DNA of 63,962 bases, filler included, from Sanchytrium tribonematis (taxonomy: Eukaryota): NCBI GenBank assembly GCA_018985235.1. It is 6 parts of 6 records of this genome, joined end to end, with 100 filler letters (N's around TTAATTAATTAA, not from the genome) between each part and the next. Parts side by side here need not be neighbours in the genome. Positions count along the whole stretch, not along the records: positions 10,923 to 21,736 come from JADGIG010000281.1; positions 21,837 to 32,644 come from JADGIG010000282.1; 4 more parts are not named here. One strand, 5' to 3'. Each line of letters begins with the position of its first letter. The stretch's first letter is position 1. This document shows, in pieces, positions 12,484 through 22,274 of the stretch. The translations under genes were made by a program, and so were the position numbers. Below the pieces are notes generated by a model. That model was given only the letters and a program-made list of their open reading frames with translations. It did not search any database and was not told the origin of the DNA.

Positions 12484-12644
12484 CTGTCAAAAATAGGTTT
12501 CAAGTATATTTTATCTGAAAAATATCATAATACAATTAAAAATAATGCTCGAATTGTTTAGATCGCTTCAATCATATACATTCTAATTTTAAACCAGATA
12601 ATTTTTACTAAATTGGCAATTTTTTTTGATACAAGTTTTGGTGC

Positions 12645-13124
12645 ATGATTGTCGATTTACTTCAAAAATTTGGAGAAACCTTGAATAGTGATTTGGAAAT
12701 TGAAAACATTCAAAAAATAAAATCATATCAAGAGCAATGCAATGATCTGTTAACAGACCTCCAAGAGCTTAAAATTGATTTTCAAGTTAGTAGCGCCGAC
12801 CATTATAGCAATCAGATCGAACAATTCAATGTTAAAAACAAGATGCTCCTGGACAGTATTACTCAATACGAAAAGTTTATTGGTGATTTGAAAAATCCCA
12901 TTGCTCAATTAAAAAACCATATACAAAATTGTCAGAATCAAATAGATAAATTAAAAGGCGAAATTGCAGATGATCCGGAATGTTTTGATTTGGACATAAA
13001 ATTGTTCAAAGAATTGGGAGTCTTTTCTGAAGATGACTCGATATTGGTACAGCAAGATCACCTTAAAATGTTTAAAAAGTTGTCACCTGAAGAAAATCCA
13101 TGGGAATATTTATATGAGCAATAA
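12645..13124 (+). CDS. Coiled-coil protein, possibly kinetochore Spc24
   Basis: Size, long coiled coil, then IKLFKELGV and terminal W-containing helix resembling the Spc24 RWD region. Confidence 0.45.
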   Translation: MIVDLLQKFGETLNSDLEIENIQKIKSYQEQCNDLLTDLQELKIDFQVSSADHYSNQIEQFNVKNKMLLDSITQYEKFIGDLKNPIAQLKNHIQNCQNQIDKLKGEIADDPECFDLDIKLFKELGVFSEDDSILVQQDHLKMFKKLSPEENPWEYLYEQ

Positions 13125-13202
13125 ATTATGTTTTGCAATTGAACGATTCTTCATTCAAATTTAAGGTAATAAATAAAAGGAGTTATCTGAAACAAATTTT
13201 TT

Positions 13203-13553
13203 ATGCCCGAATCTGTACCATTAGAACTACCAAATGATATGTCTGCACAACAGAAAAAACAAGCACAACAGCAGCAGCAAATGCAGCAGCAAATCCAAGA
13301 TATTCTCAGTAGAGTCTTAACTAGAGAAGCCGCCGAGCGATTAAATAATGTCAAATTAGTAAAACCTGAAAAAGCTCAGATGATAGAACAATACATAGCA
13401 CAAATGGCATCTAAAAGACCAACTATGTTGGGTGAACAAGATATACTAAACTTGCTTGACCAACCTGAATTTAAAGAAACCACCAGAGTTATTATACAAC
13501 GCAAGGAGGATTCTGACGATGAATGGGCCGCTTTAGAGGGTGATGAATATTGA
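13203..13553 (+). CDS. PDCD5: Programmed cell death protein 5 family
   Basis: ILSRVLTREAAERLNNVKLVKPEKAQMIEQYI. Confidence 0.9.
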   Translation: MPESVPLELPNDMSAQQKKQAQQQQQMQQQIQDILSRVLTREAAERLNNVKLVKPEKAQMIEQYIAQMASKRPTMLGEQDILNLLDQPEFKETTRVIIQRKEDSDDEWAALEGDEY

Positions 13554-13609
13554 TTTACTAATAAAAATTTCTTTTAAAATTTGCCTGATATCAATTCGAA
13601 ACTCCAAAT

Positions 13610-15018
13610 ATGGATGAGACCAGGGATAGCTTGCTAAAAATTGTTGAAAAAACGCCAATAAACGATAAATTGTTATCGCGGCCTCCTTTTAGATATCTTT
13701 ATGATGTCATCACGGAAATTAATACAAAGTATACCATATTGACACTTCCAACTATAGATATTGAAAACATATCCAAAGAACAAAAGGTTTTGTTTCTTGA
13801 GAGTGTAATTGAACAACTTGGATCAATCGCCAAACCCTCGAAAATTGTAGCTGGATTGGAGGTAGAAGAGACTTGGGAGATGTTACGATTATTATCAAAC
13901 AAAGCAGAGTCAAAAAAATTGGCAGCAGAAACGACTAAAAAATTGGAATTAAAGAAATCACAGGAGCCAAAGATTAAAACCACGTTGGATGGCTCAAGGT
14001 CCAAGTCTAAAGATCCGGACTTGAAGAGGTCTAATTCAAAAGAAAATTCAAAAGTGAAAGATAGTACTTCGCCCTATACCAAGCCCCCTAAAAAAAGCGG
14101 AGATATTGATAATTCTGCCTCTCCTAAGTCACGTAGAAAAAATTCTGACTCAGAAAAGGCTGGCAATCAAAAAATTATCGAAAAGGGCAATTCGCCAAAA
14201 TCTCCTAGGAAGAATTCCTCCAAAGAAATTGCGAGCATTGAAAATTCTAAGCAAAAAAAATCGGTATCCAAAGATTCAGATGACAACACTATCCAACAAG
14301 CAAAAATATCAAAGAAGAAAGTTGGAGATGTCATCAATAGTGACGATAAGTTGTTTCCCGTGATTTCGAAAGAAAAGCCCAATGATTTTTTTCCTTCTGA
14401 TTTATTGCCCAAAAAAAATTCTTTCGATAATTTGCAAGGCAAAAATTTTGCTTTTATAGATACAAATTCGTAACTTATTTTTAACATAGAACGAACCCTG
14501 TTCTTGTGATGAATGAGGAGCTACCACTCGAAAGCGACCAGCGCGGCAATTTTTTTGCTATGATGGCTGTAGATCAAAATGTTTTAAATGCTGATTCTCA
14601 GGTCAAGGACATAAAAGCCAAATCGAAATTACTCAAATCAATAGACACTGCAAAAAACGATACTTCAGAGGGACAGCTAGTCTCAAAAAATCTTTCTGGT
14701 GAACTCTCATTACATGTTCAAAATATAACAAAGCATATTTATCCGCTAAGTCACACAATGGAATATCTTCCTGAAGATGTTGAATCCATGAATAGAGAAA
14801 GTACATCTTGGGATCCATTAGTTGAAAAATATCGCTCCGATTATGAAAAAGAATGCAAAGAAACTCGTAAGCTGATTACGGACACGACTAGAGAAAAAAA
14901 CGAGTTGAATCTTAGAATATCTAAACTTCGGGATCAAATTAAGGCTATGCACTACAATTTAAACCATATGGAGGATTCAGAGTTAAAAGTTTTTAAATCC
15001 ATATCAGAATCATATTAA
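13610..15018 (+). CDS. TRAF3IP1: IFT-B subunit IFT54/TRAF3IP1/MIP-T3 (intron 14470-14489)
   Basis: CH-like N-terminus KLLSRPPFRYLYDV, AKPSKIVAGLE; low-complexity linker; C-terminal coiled coil PLSHTMEYLPEDVESMNRE. Confidence 0.85.
14470..14489 (+). other. 20-nt intron GTAACTTATTTTTAACATAG
   Basis: Removes an in-frame stop and joins the two IFT54 halves in frame. Confidence 0.85.
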
Positions 15019-15024
15019 ATTTAT

Positions 15025-15672
15025 TTAAAATACATTTGAAAATCTCTCCAGACCGTCAGTCAATTTTGCACAAGAGAGTGCAGCGGATAAGGGATATTCC
15101 GATAAAGACAACTTGTAATCAGAAATATCAATACCCTCAACTAAATACTCGTCCTCTCCATGGGGAATTGCTCCTACTATAAAGCAAATGTTCATCTCCT
15201 CATCCTCTCGCATCTCGTTTTCTTTTACATTTTGTAAAAATTTTTCCACATGTAGCTGTGTGCCTTTGTCAGAGAGTACAACGTATCTAGTATTTGCCGG
15301 TAAATGCTTTCCAATGGGATTTTTCACTATTTTGATCAATGTTTCTCCTTGAGTGCTCTTAATCGTCATTTTTTGCAAAAGTTGACAAAATAATCCGCAA
15401 AACCGTTTAAAAGTGCGCGGAAGTCGAGTTTTTTCGCTCAATTCAATCAACTGATGATCTTGAGAACTAATGTATACCCTCAATAAATTGCTTTGATTCA
15501 ACGGGCTGTCCAATAATTGAAGTAAAGACTGATGTAGTATGTCCGGCCTACAACTTGCTTTCATTTGAGCAGATTGATGATCGTCCCAGTTTAGTAGCTC
15601 CACTTTGCTATATTTTAGTTTAGATTTCACCTTAAGCTCCAAATGCGCTGAATGCAGCAGTACGTAAAACAT
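15025..15672 (-). CDS. EMG1: 18S rRNA pseudouridine methyltransferase Emg1/Nep1
   Basis: LLNWDDH, RPDILHQSLLQLLDSPLN, RLPRTFKRFCGL, SLSEYPLSA; first ATG at 15672. Confidence 0.92.
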   Translation of the reverse strand: MFYVLLHSAHLELKVKSKLKYSKVELLNWDDHQSAQMKASCRPDILHQSLLQLLDSPLNQSNLLRVYISSQDHQLIELSEKTRLPRTFKRFCGLFCQLLQKMTIKSTQGETLIKIVKNPIGKHLPANTRYVVLSDKGTQLHVEKFLQNVKENEMREDEEMNICFIVGAIPHGEDEYLVEGIDISDYKLSLSEYPLSAALSCAKLTDGLERFSNVF

Positions 15673-15679
15673 ATAATTG

Positions 15680-16081
15680 TTTAAGTTTCGTCCTTTTTTA
15701 GGAGGTATCAATAAGACATCATATCCTAAGATTTGTCGATAGAGCAGCACAAGACCAGAAAAACTGCGAATAGCGCTATATTTATTCTTCTCCTAACGGC
15801 TGATAGATGATACCTATTCGAGAAACTGCATCTTGTCGCTCGGCAACCCGATTCGGATTCTCTTCTTCTTGATTTTCTAATTTTGTTCGCCTTGCGTGCG
15901 AACTTTCAAGTTTTGCACCTGTATAAAACAATTTTCGCCACTTTGCGATTGTTTGAGTTGAAATTTTGATGTGATCAGAAATTGACTTTGCGTTCTGTCC
16001 AGCCAACAGGAGGCCGATTACAAATGCTCTTTGAGCTTCTTCGCTATCAAAAAGATCACAAAGTTTCACTCTTGGATCCAT
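15680..16081 (-). mobile_element. Degenerate Tc1/IS630-like transposase remnant (HTH ORF 15782-16081 plus DDE-like fragment)
   Basis: RAFVIGLLLAGQNAKSISDHIKISTQTIAKWRKLF is paired/HTH-like; downstream LGYDVLLIPPKKGRNLN resembles the LPPxSPDLNP motif; no TIRs found. Confidence 0.45.
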
Positions 16082-16097
16082 ATTCTTACAAGGAGCA

Positions 16098-16505
16098 ATG
16101 CAAAGAATTAACAATTTTTTCAATAGAAACATTTATTCAATCCAGACCAAGATCCAGCGTCAAATAATGACTGCCAAGCAATTTAATCTTCGAATCCCAG
16201 TTATGTATTATGTTTCCAGTCCTCACCCCAAAACTTCATTGCGGTTTTTGCGATATTCAGAGCTTGAAAATTTGTCAAAAAACAAGAAGCTGTATTGCGA
16301 TGAACTGGTTGATTTGTATCAATTTCATCACAACTTTTGGGCTTTTCATTTAGACTTTATTGAAAAAGTAAAAGTTCCTGATAATAGCATGATTTCAAGA
16401 GATCACTACATGATAAGTTCAGCAACCCACTTGCATCAATATTATAAAGATTTTTGGTCCAGAACTGTTAGACTAATGTTTCTGAGAATAAAGGCATTAT
16501 TTTGA
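16098..16505 (+). CDS. COA8/APOPT1-like mitochondrial protein
   Basis: YVSSPHPKTSLRFLRY, FHHNFWAFH, HQYYKDFWSRTV parallel the COA8 motifs. Confidence 0.55.
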   Translation: MQRINNFFNRNIYSIQTKIQRQIMTAKQFNLRIPVMYYVSSPHPKTSLRFLRYSELENLSKNKKLYCDELVDLYQFHHNFWAFHLDFIEKVKVPDNSMISRDHYMISSATHLHQYYKDFWSRTVRLMFLRIKALF

Positions 16506-16519
16506 AATACAAGGTGAAT

Positions 16520-17500
16520 TTAATTTAATCTTCGTTTCTTATTGTTGTGTTGAGGCTGGGAGAAGCCGGCATTTTGAGCAAAATCTACTTTGATTCTTCT
16601 CTCGTCGACAATTATGTTATTCATTTTTATGTAAGCTTGTTCACAAGATTCTTTGCTGGTGAATTCTATGAAACAAAAACCTTTCGAATTTCCTTGTCGG
16701 TCTCGGACTATTTTGCATTGAATTAACTCACCAAATCTTCCAAATAGTAACCTTAGATCATCTTCAGTGGTCGCAGGATTCAATTTACATACAAATAAAT
16801 TGTGTTCTGGAGGTGTGATAGACGCGTACGGCAAATCTCCCAACATTTCCAGAGTTTTTGCCGATTTGAAGGCATCAACGTTCTTTTGTTCCTCTTCACT
16901 TAATATCTCAACATCATCATATGAAAATTGAATTGTATTTAGAACCATCGCCGGTATTTCTGGACTATTTGGATACTGTATATCATCATCTGATTCAAAA
17001 GGATCATCCAGAATAGTGGTGTGAATTATAAATATATCTGTCATCGGCTTTCCATCTTTTACAGGTAATTTTGATATTTTTTCGACAATTTCCATTCCTT
17101 CTGCAACCAATCCGATTGGAACATGAATTCCGTCAAATTCTCCAGGATTTTTCACTGATATAAAAAATTGAGAGGTTACATATGCCCTGTTGTATTTCGT
17201 ATTCGGGGAACATAATGAAAGAGTTCCAATTTGGTGCTTTACTCTGGGTAACTTTACCTGCAAATATTTTTTTTCAGATTTTTTTATATTATAATCAAAA
17301 CAAGCTCCTCCATTTCCGCTATTTGTTGGGTCTCCACTTTGAATAAAATTAGGTTGAATGTTGTAAAATAAATTATAGTGAAAGCTCTTCGATTTGCATA
17401 GGTTGAGAAAGTTTTTTCCTGCTTTCATTTTATCGAAATCCTTTGAGAGATACAAATCGACAACGAAGTTGCCAATAGAGGTTTCGAATAAAACGCTCAT
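16520..17500 (-). CDS. PPIL4: Cyclophilin-RRM protein PPIL4/Rct1
   Basis: MSVLFETSIG, HTTILDDPF, LEMLGDLP, PPEHNLFVCKLNPATTEDDL, DERRIKVDFAQ. Confidence 0.92.
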   Translation of the reverse strand: MSVLFETSIGNFVVDLYLSKDFDKMKAGKNFLNLCKSKSFHYNLFYNIQPNFIQSGDPTNSGNGGACFDYNIKKSEKKYLQVKLPRVKHQIGTLSLCSPNTKYNRAYVTSQFFISVKNPGEFDGIHVPIGLVAEGMEIVEKISKLPVKDGKPMTDIFIIHTTILDDPFESDDDIQYPNSPEIPAMVLNTIQFSYDDVEILSEEEQKNVDAFKSAKTLEMLGDLPYASITPPEHNLFVCKLNPATTEDDLRLLFGRFGELIQCKIVRDRQGNSKGFCFIEFTSKESCEQAYIKMNNIIVDERRIKVDFAQNAGFSQPQHNNKKRRLN

Positions 17501-17518
17501 TGATTGAAGGAGACAAAT

Positions 17519-18998
17519 TTATTTTCTTTTCTTCGACTCCACTTTTTCGGCTGAAATTTTCCAATCGGACTTTGGGATTTTTTGAATGTATGTAATATGC
17601 TGCTGGATATTTAGAAAATAGAGGACGATTCCAATAGCAACACTTGCTGCTGCAACTGTATAATACCCATCAGTTATGATTTCACATTTCCCACCAGACT
17701 TGGAACAATTTAGCGCATCTTCCGGTTTAACGCAATGACCAGTTGATAAGCCTGATTGATCAAAACATTGCTTATCTGAGAGTAGATCCACCAATTCTAA
17801 AATAAAAAACTTCGGCCAAGTTCCTCCTAGATTCGAAAATGTGTTAAGTAAAGTGGTGTATGTACCGCCAATTCTAGGATCTGCGACTTGTGAAATAAAT
17901 GCACTTATGGAAATAAATTGAGAGTTGCTGAAAAAAGAAGAGGCTATTGTACATATAATAACTAAAATGAAAGTTGAGATATGCAGACTATCTCCTACTG
18001 GAATGAAATATACAAACAAAGGTATAGCAAAAGCCATGAATAATCTCCCAATGTAAGAAATGCGCCACTACATTAGAGTAAATTACAGGTTTAAGAGGTT
18101 CTTTTCCAGATGACCACTTGGCAACTACCACACCTAGAACGAGTTGTACGGGAAAGTCGATAAATACTGCGAGAGCCAAGTCTTCCTGCTTGAACCCTTT
18201 GTCCATCAACTTGAGCGCTGTAATAGTATCTTGACAAATGAACGCAATTTTGTTTATAAGTAAAAATATAATAAATTTTTTCACATGCTCTAACTTGACG
18301 ATATTAATCATTTCCTTATAAATGTCCTTAATTGACATTTCCTCTTCTACTTTAGGTTCTTGTACAAACATCAAAGCGAAGCTGGATAATAGGTATAAAA
18401 TTGAACAGCCATAAATATAGCTTCCCAAAGTAAGAACAGGACCCGTTGGAATCTGATCCGCTGAGAATATATAATAATATATAAAACCTTTACAAAATTC
18501 GTAGCTATTAAGTGCCATAAATATAGTAAATGATGTAAAGTAGCCAATGTTGATGCCAATCGTTTGACAAGTTGATGCGTAACTTTTGTTTTCTAGAATC
18601 GTAAGCGCCAGCGCATCAACTGCTATATCTTGGGTGGCAGCTAGAAAGATAACTGTAATCCAAAATCCTGTGAATTTGTACAAATTGAAATTCTCGTGGC
18701 CTCCAGAAATTAAATTATCAATGTCAAAACTTATATAATACAATAAGATACCCATAATTAGTTGTATGGGAACAATCCAGGATGTTCTTCTCTTACCTTT
18801 GATATAGTAGGCGTCGACAAATGGGCTCCAAAATAACTTTAATGAATACGGATAAGAACTCAAAGAAAATATGGCGAGATCTCCGTAAGAAAGGAATTTC
18901 TTCAGCAAGATATTAATTGTTCCGAAAACCAATCCAATTGGAATACCTTGGCATGCATATAGCAAAATCAAGAGAGTAATTGCAAATTCTTGTTTCAT
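17519..18998 (-). CDS. SLC33A1: ER acetyl-CoA transporter AT-1/SLC33A1 (intron 18068-18086)
   Basis: LYACQGIPIGL, YPYSLKLFWSPFVDA, ATQDIAVD, DPRIGGTYTTLLNTFSNLGGTWP, DGYY. Confidence 0.9.
18068..18086 (-). other. 19-nt intron GTAATTTACTCTAATGTAG
   Basis: Removal gives EPLKP|WRISYIGRLFMAF, joining the two ORFs. Confidence 0.9.
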
Positions 18999-19067
18999 GT
19001 CAAATATTTATTAAATTGATGTTTAATTCTAGCCAAGTGCAATTGCGTCCGTGATCATGATCAAGAC

Positions 19068-19886
19068 TTATTCACAAGCCAATTTACTTTCAAAGCTGGT
19101 TAGAGCAATACCAAAGGCTTGAACAATGGTGACCGGATACCTGCAATCCAAGGTAAATCGGTCAGTAGATATTCTTCCAAATTGAAGCATAATGTAGTCT
19201 AGATCTTGATCCGGAGTGATCTGAAAGTTTTTTACAGACGCCACTGTAACTCTACCATTAAAATTTAGAACGTAAGAATTTGTTTCTTCATTCCAAAGCG
19301 GAGTTTTATTTTGCAAGACTACCACATCCTTTGATCCACTTTTGTAGGCATCGTGTAAAGTCGATTCGATATTCAGCCTTTCTCCAGATCTTTTAAGGCT
19401 TGGTAAAATTATAGTCATGCATCTTGGGCCCTTGAATCCTAATATGTTTGGCCTGTAAAGTACACAAGCAATTTCTACCCCATTATCATCTTCCACAGTA
19501 AAAACAGTTCCTAAAAAATTACAGGAAACCTTTCCCAAAAATTTATCGGCTTTTGAATCAGAATAAATTTCGTATGTTTGAGAACCAAATTTTTTCTTTG
19601 CAAAAAGCAAATACAATTCCTCGGTTCTTTCCAAAAATAAATTATAAGACGGCAAGCTGCCCTCTTTATTTCTTATAACTTTCATTAATATATGCTCGCG
19701 AAGTGGGATTGGGACTTTGCAAAACAAATCATCATTTGCGTATCTAGGAATGAATGGATCGAATGTAATATTCTCATCGCTTTCAGAGTCTAATAATTCT
19801 TGAGTAGGAACATTCTGTAAATCTGTGGCTGGAGACTCTATCGGTGATATTTGCGCTTGCAGATTTTCGTCATCAGAAAGATCCAT
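19068..19886 (-). CDS. Tubby-domain protein (TULP)
   Basis: NFLGTVF, NILGFKGPRCM, NKTPLWNEETNSYVLNFNGRVTVASVKNFQ, C-terminal SKLACE. Confidence 0.92.
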   Translation of the reverse strand: MDLSDDENLQAQISPIESPATDLQNVPTQELLDSESDENITFDPFIPRYANDDLFCKVPIPLREHILMKVIRNKEGSLPSYNLFLERTEELYLLFAKKKFGSQTYEIYSDSKADKFLGKVSCNFLGTVFTVEDDNGVEIACVLYRPNILGFKGPRCMTIILPSLKRSGERLNIESTLHDAYKSGSKDVVVLQNKTPLWNEETNSYVLNFNGRVTVASVKNFQITPDQDLDYIMLQFGRISTDRFTLDCRYPVTIVQAFGIALTSFESKLACE

Positions 19887-19945
19887 AAATTTAGTTGTTT
19901 TATAGAATCTCCTGTTGACCAATGTTTGAAATTTAATATTATTTA

Positions 19946-20612
19946 TTAGGCAGCTTTACTTTCAGCAGGAGCCATCTGTGAAAACACATTGCTGATTTTC
20001 AAATACGTGGGAAGAATAGCAGGATATTTTTCAAAAAATTTGACGAATTGTGCATGGAGCACAGAAAATGACTGTCTAGTTAAAGACGAATTTTGGTACT
20101 TTCTTCTAATGAAAATGACATATCCCACAAAAAAGAAAAAAGAAATTTTAAACATCAAAAATTGTATGAATAACTGAAATCCTATTCCAATAATTTCCCA
20201 TAATCTAAATAAGTTGAAGTTACGAGACATATCGAAGTACCGTGTCCTGATTTTTAACCATGTTATCTAAAGGCGCCTTGATTTGCGTCATATGAGGATA
20301 GACTTGCCCGATAATAGTTCCACTCACATAAGTGCAAGAATGAAGCAACGAATAGGCAGATAGTGGAATTAGTACCGGCCAAAATGGCTCGTATATGAAG
20401 CATGTGATACAAAGTAGCAGATAATCTAGATTAACAGCTTGTAAAGGTGGGTAAAGCAATGTGATGCCGTAACTAACGCAACTTAGAAACAGGGCTTGGT
20501 AGTATGAATTCCATCCAAAGATCAAGTACCCGATTGAAAATATGACTGTTCCGATGTGCCCAATAAACCATGCGAAATTCGTAGTTTTCATGATGTCAAA
20601 TAGAGTTGTCAT
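19946..20612 (-). CDS. Pom33/TMEM33-like membrane protein (intron 20205-20223)
   Basis: FAWFIGH N-terminus, multiple TM segments, LIPLSAYSLLH, FIRRKYQNS. Confidence 0.7.
20205..20223 (-). other. 19-nt intron GTAACTTCAACTTATTTAG
   Basis: Removes a stop and gives RYVS|LWEIIG in frame. Confidence 0.85.
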
Positions 20613-20660
20613 TTTTGTTTCAAGGGAATTCTTGTTTATTAAAAGGAGTCACTGAAGTAA

Positions 20661-21736
20661 ATGGTGCGCATATTGCCTTTTTCTAAACTAGTAGGTCCCA
20701 GTAAACTGAAGGAAAAGGATAGATTAACAAAGTTCGGATTGATCTCACAATATTCAGCTGGGTATTATAATTACCTTCCACTAGGGCAGATGTTGATTGA
20801 AAATATTTCAAAACTCATTCATCGCGAACTGCGAAAGGTTGGTGGAATGGAGGTTATCCTGCCTGCTGTATCAAAACTTGATAAATGGCGTCAATCAAAT
20901 CGAGAAGTATTATTCAACAAAGAGTTTTTATCGATTAATGATGAGTACATATTGGCACCAACCTCCGAAGAAGATATTGCGAGCTTGCTTAATTATAATT
21001 TGTCGCCTGTTGATCTACCGCTATATTATTATCAAATGCAATGGAAATTCCGCAATGAAAAACGTCCAAGGAAGGAACTTTTAAGAACTAGACAGTTTTT
21101 AATGAACGATCTTTACTCATTTGATAAGTGCATAGAGGATGCCAAAATATCGTATAAAATTATCGGAAAAGCATATCATAATATTTTTCGCTCTTTAGAA
21201 ATTGATTACCATATTTCTCAAGCTAATCCAGACGACATGAAAGGACTATTGAGTCATGAATATCTCATTTCCAATGAACTTGGGGAATCGGAATTCGTAT
21301 CGAAAGGCGCTGAAAAAGTCAATGCAATCGAGATTGCTCACACCTTTTTGTTGGGAGACCATTTTACCAAGATTTTTTCATCAAAAGTATTGGGTAAAGA
21401 TATGATCATGGGGTGCTACGGTATAGGTGTGTCAAGACTTGCTTCTGTTCTAGGTTTGAATTCTCGTTTTTTTCCAAAATCAGTTAGCCCTCTCGATTAT
21501 GTTATCATTGATTTGGTAAACGGCATACCAGATTGCTTGAGTATAATTAAAAAATCCTTTAACATGGACAAAGATTTTACTATCGGACTCATACAAGGCA
21601 CAAAACAGATTCAAAAGAGCATTGAGCTGGTTCAAGCATGCGGAATCAAGGACGTGCTCGTCGTTGGGAAAAGATTCAAATCTTTCGGTGAAATTGAGCA
21701 CATTTCTGGAGACAAACGAATGATGGTATGTTGTAA
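20661..21736 (+). CDS. Mitochondrial (bacterial-type) prolyl-tRNA synthetase, 3'-truncated
   Basis: GYYNYLPLG, LAPTSEE, KFRNEKRPR, RQFLMNDLYSFD, IEIAHTFLLG, MGCYGIGVSRL. Confidence 0.88.
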
Positions 21737-21836
21737 NNNNNNNNNNNNNNNNNNNNNNNNNNNNNNNNNNNNNNNNNNNNTTAATTAATTAANNNNNNNN
21801 NNNNNNNNNNNNNNNNNNNNNNNNNNNNNNNNNNNN
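21737..21836. other. Artificial contig linker
   Basis: N run with TTAATTAATTAA. Confidence 0.98.
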
Positions 21837-21837
21837 C

Positions 21838-22050
21838 TCAAAATTAGATCATTATTATTGGAATGTGGCATCTGTGAGAGGGGTTGTAGATCCAACATTT
21901 GCACCTAAAATGTTTATTCCATTTGATCAATTGATTACCAAGGGACGTGTGGTGCATACCATTGCGACTCAGGTGAGTGAGAAGCAAGTTGTGTGTCAAA
22001 ATGGGGAAAAGATTAATTTTGATATTTTGGTGATTGCGACTGGCATATGA
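21838..22050 (+). pseudogene. Fragment of an AMID/AIF-like FAD oxidoreductase, truncated at the retrotransposon 5' end
   Basis: YYWNVASVRGVV...GEKINFDILVIATG then an immediate stop; no continuation after the element. Confidence 0.65.
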
Positions 22051-22274
22051 AACGCCTCCTTTTCAGTAAAGAAACTTTGATTTCATCGGTAACACCAACA
22101 TTCTTTATTTTGAAGAAAAAAGCAACAAAAAAGAACCATAAACGACCTGCCAAGCGTATTTTGCAACTTTCCAATTTTTTTAAAAATTTCAATTCACAAC
22201 TATTTTGGATAACAAAAAAATGTCCCGATCAGCGTGATTTACTTTGTACTTTTTGTGATCAGTCACAGGACCTG

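Noticed and set aside
14439..14459. In-frame 21-nt GC-AG intron candidate in IFT54
   Set aside because: Not needed for frame and lacks the -6 A
22047..22274. ORF-track N-terminal 76 aa of the LINE protein
   Set aside because: The ATG overlaps the flanking AMID fragment and the sequence looks like A/T-rich 5' UTR; ATG 22275 is more plausible
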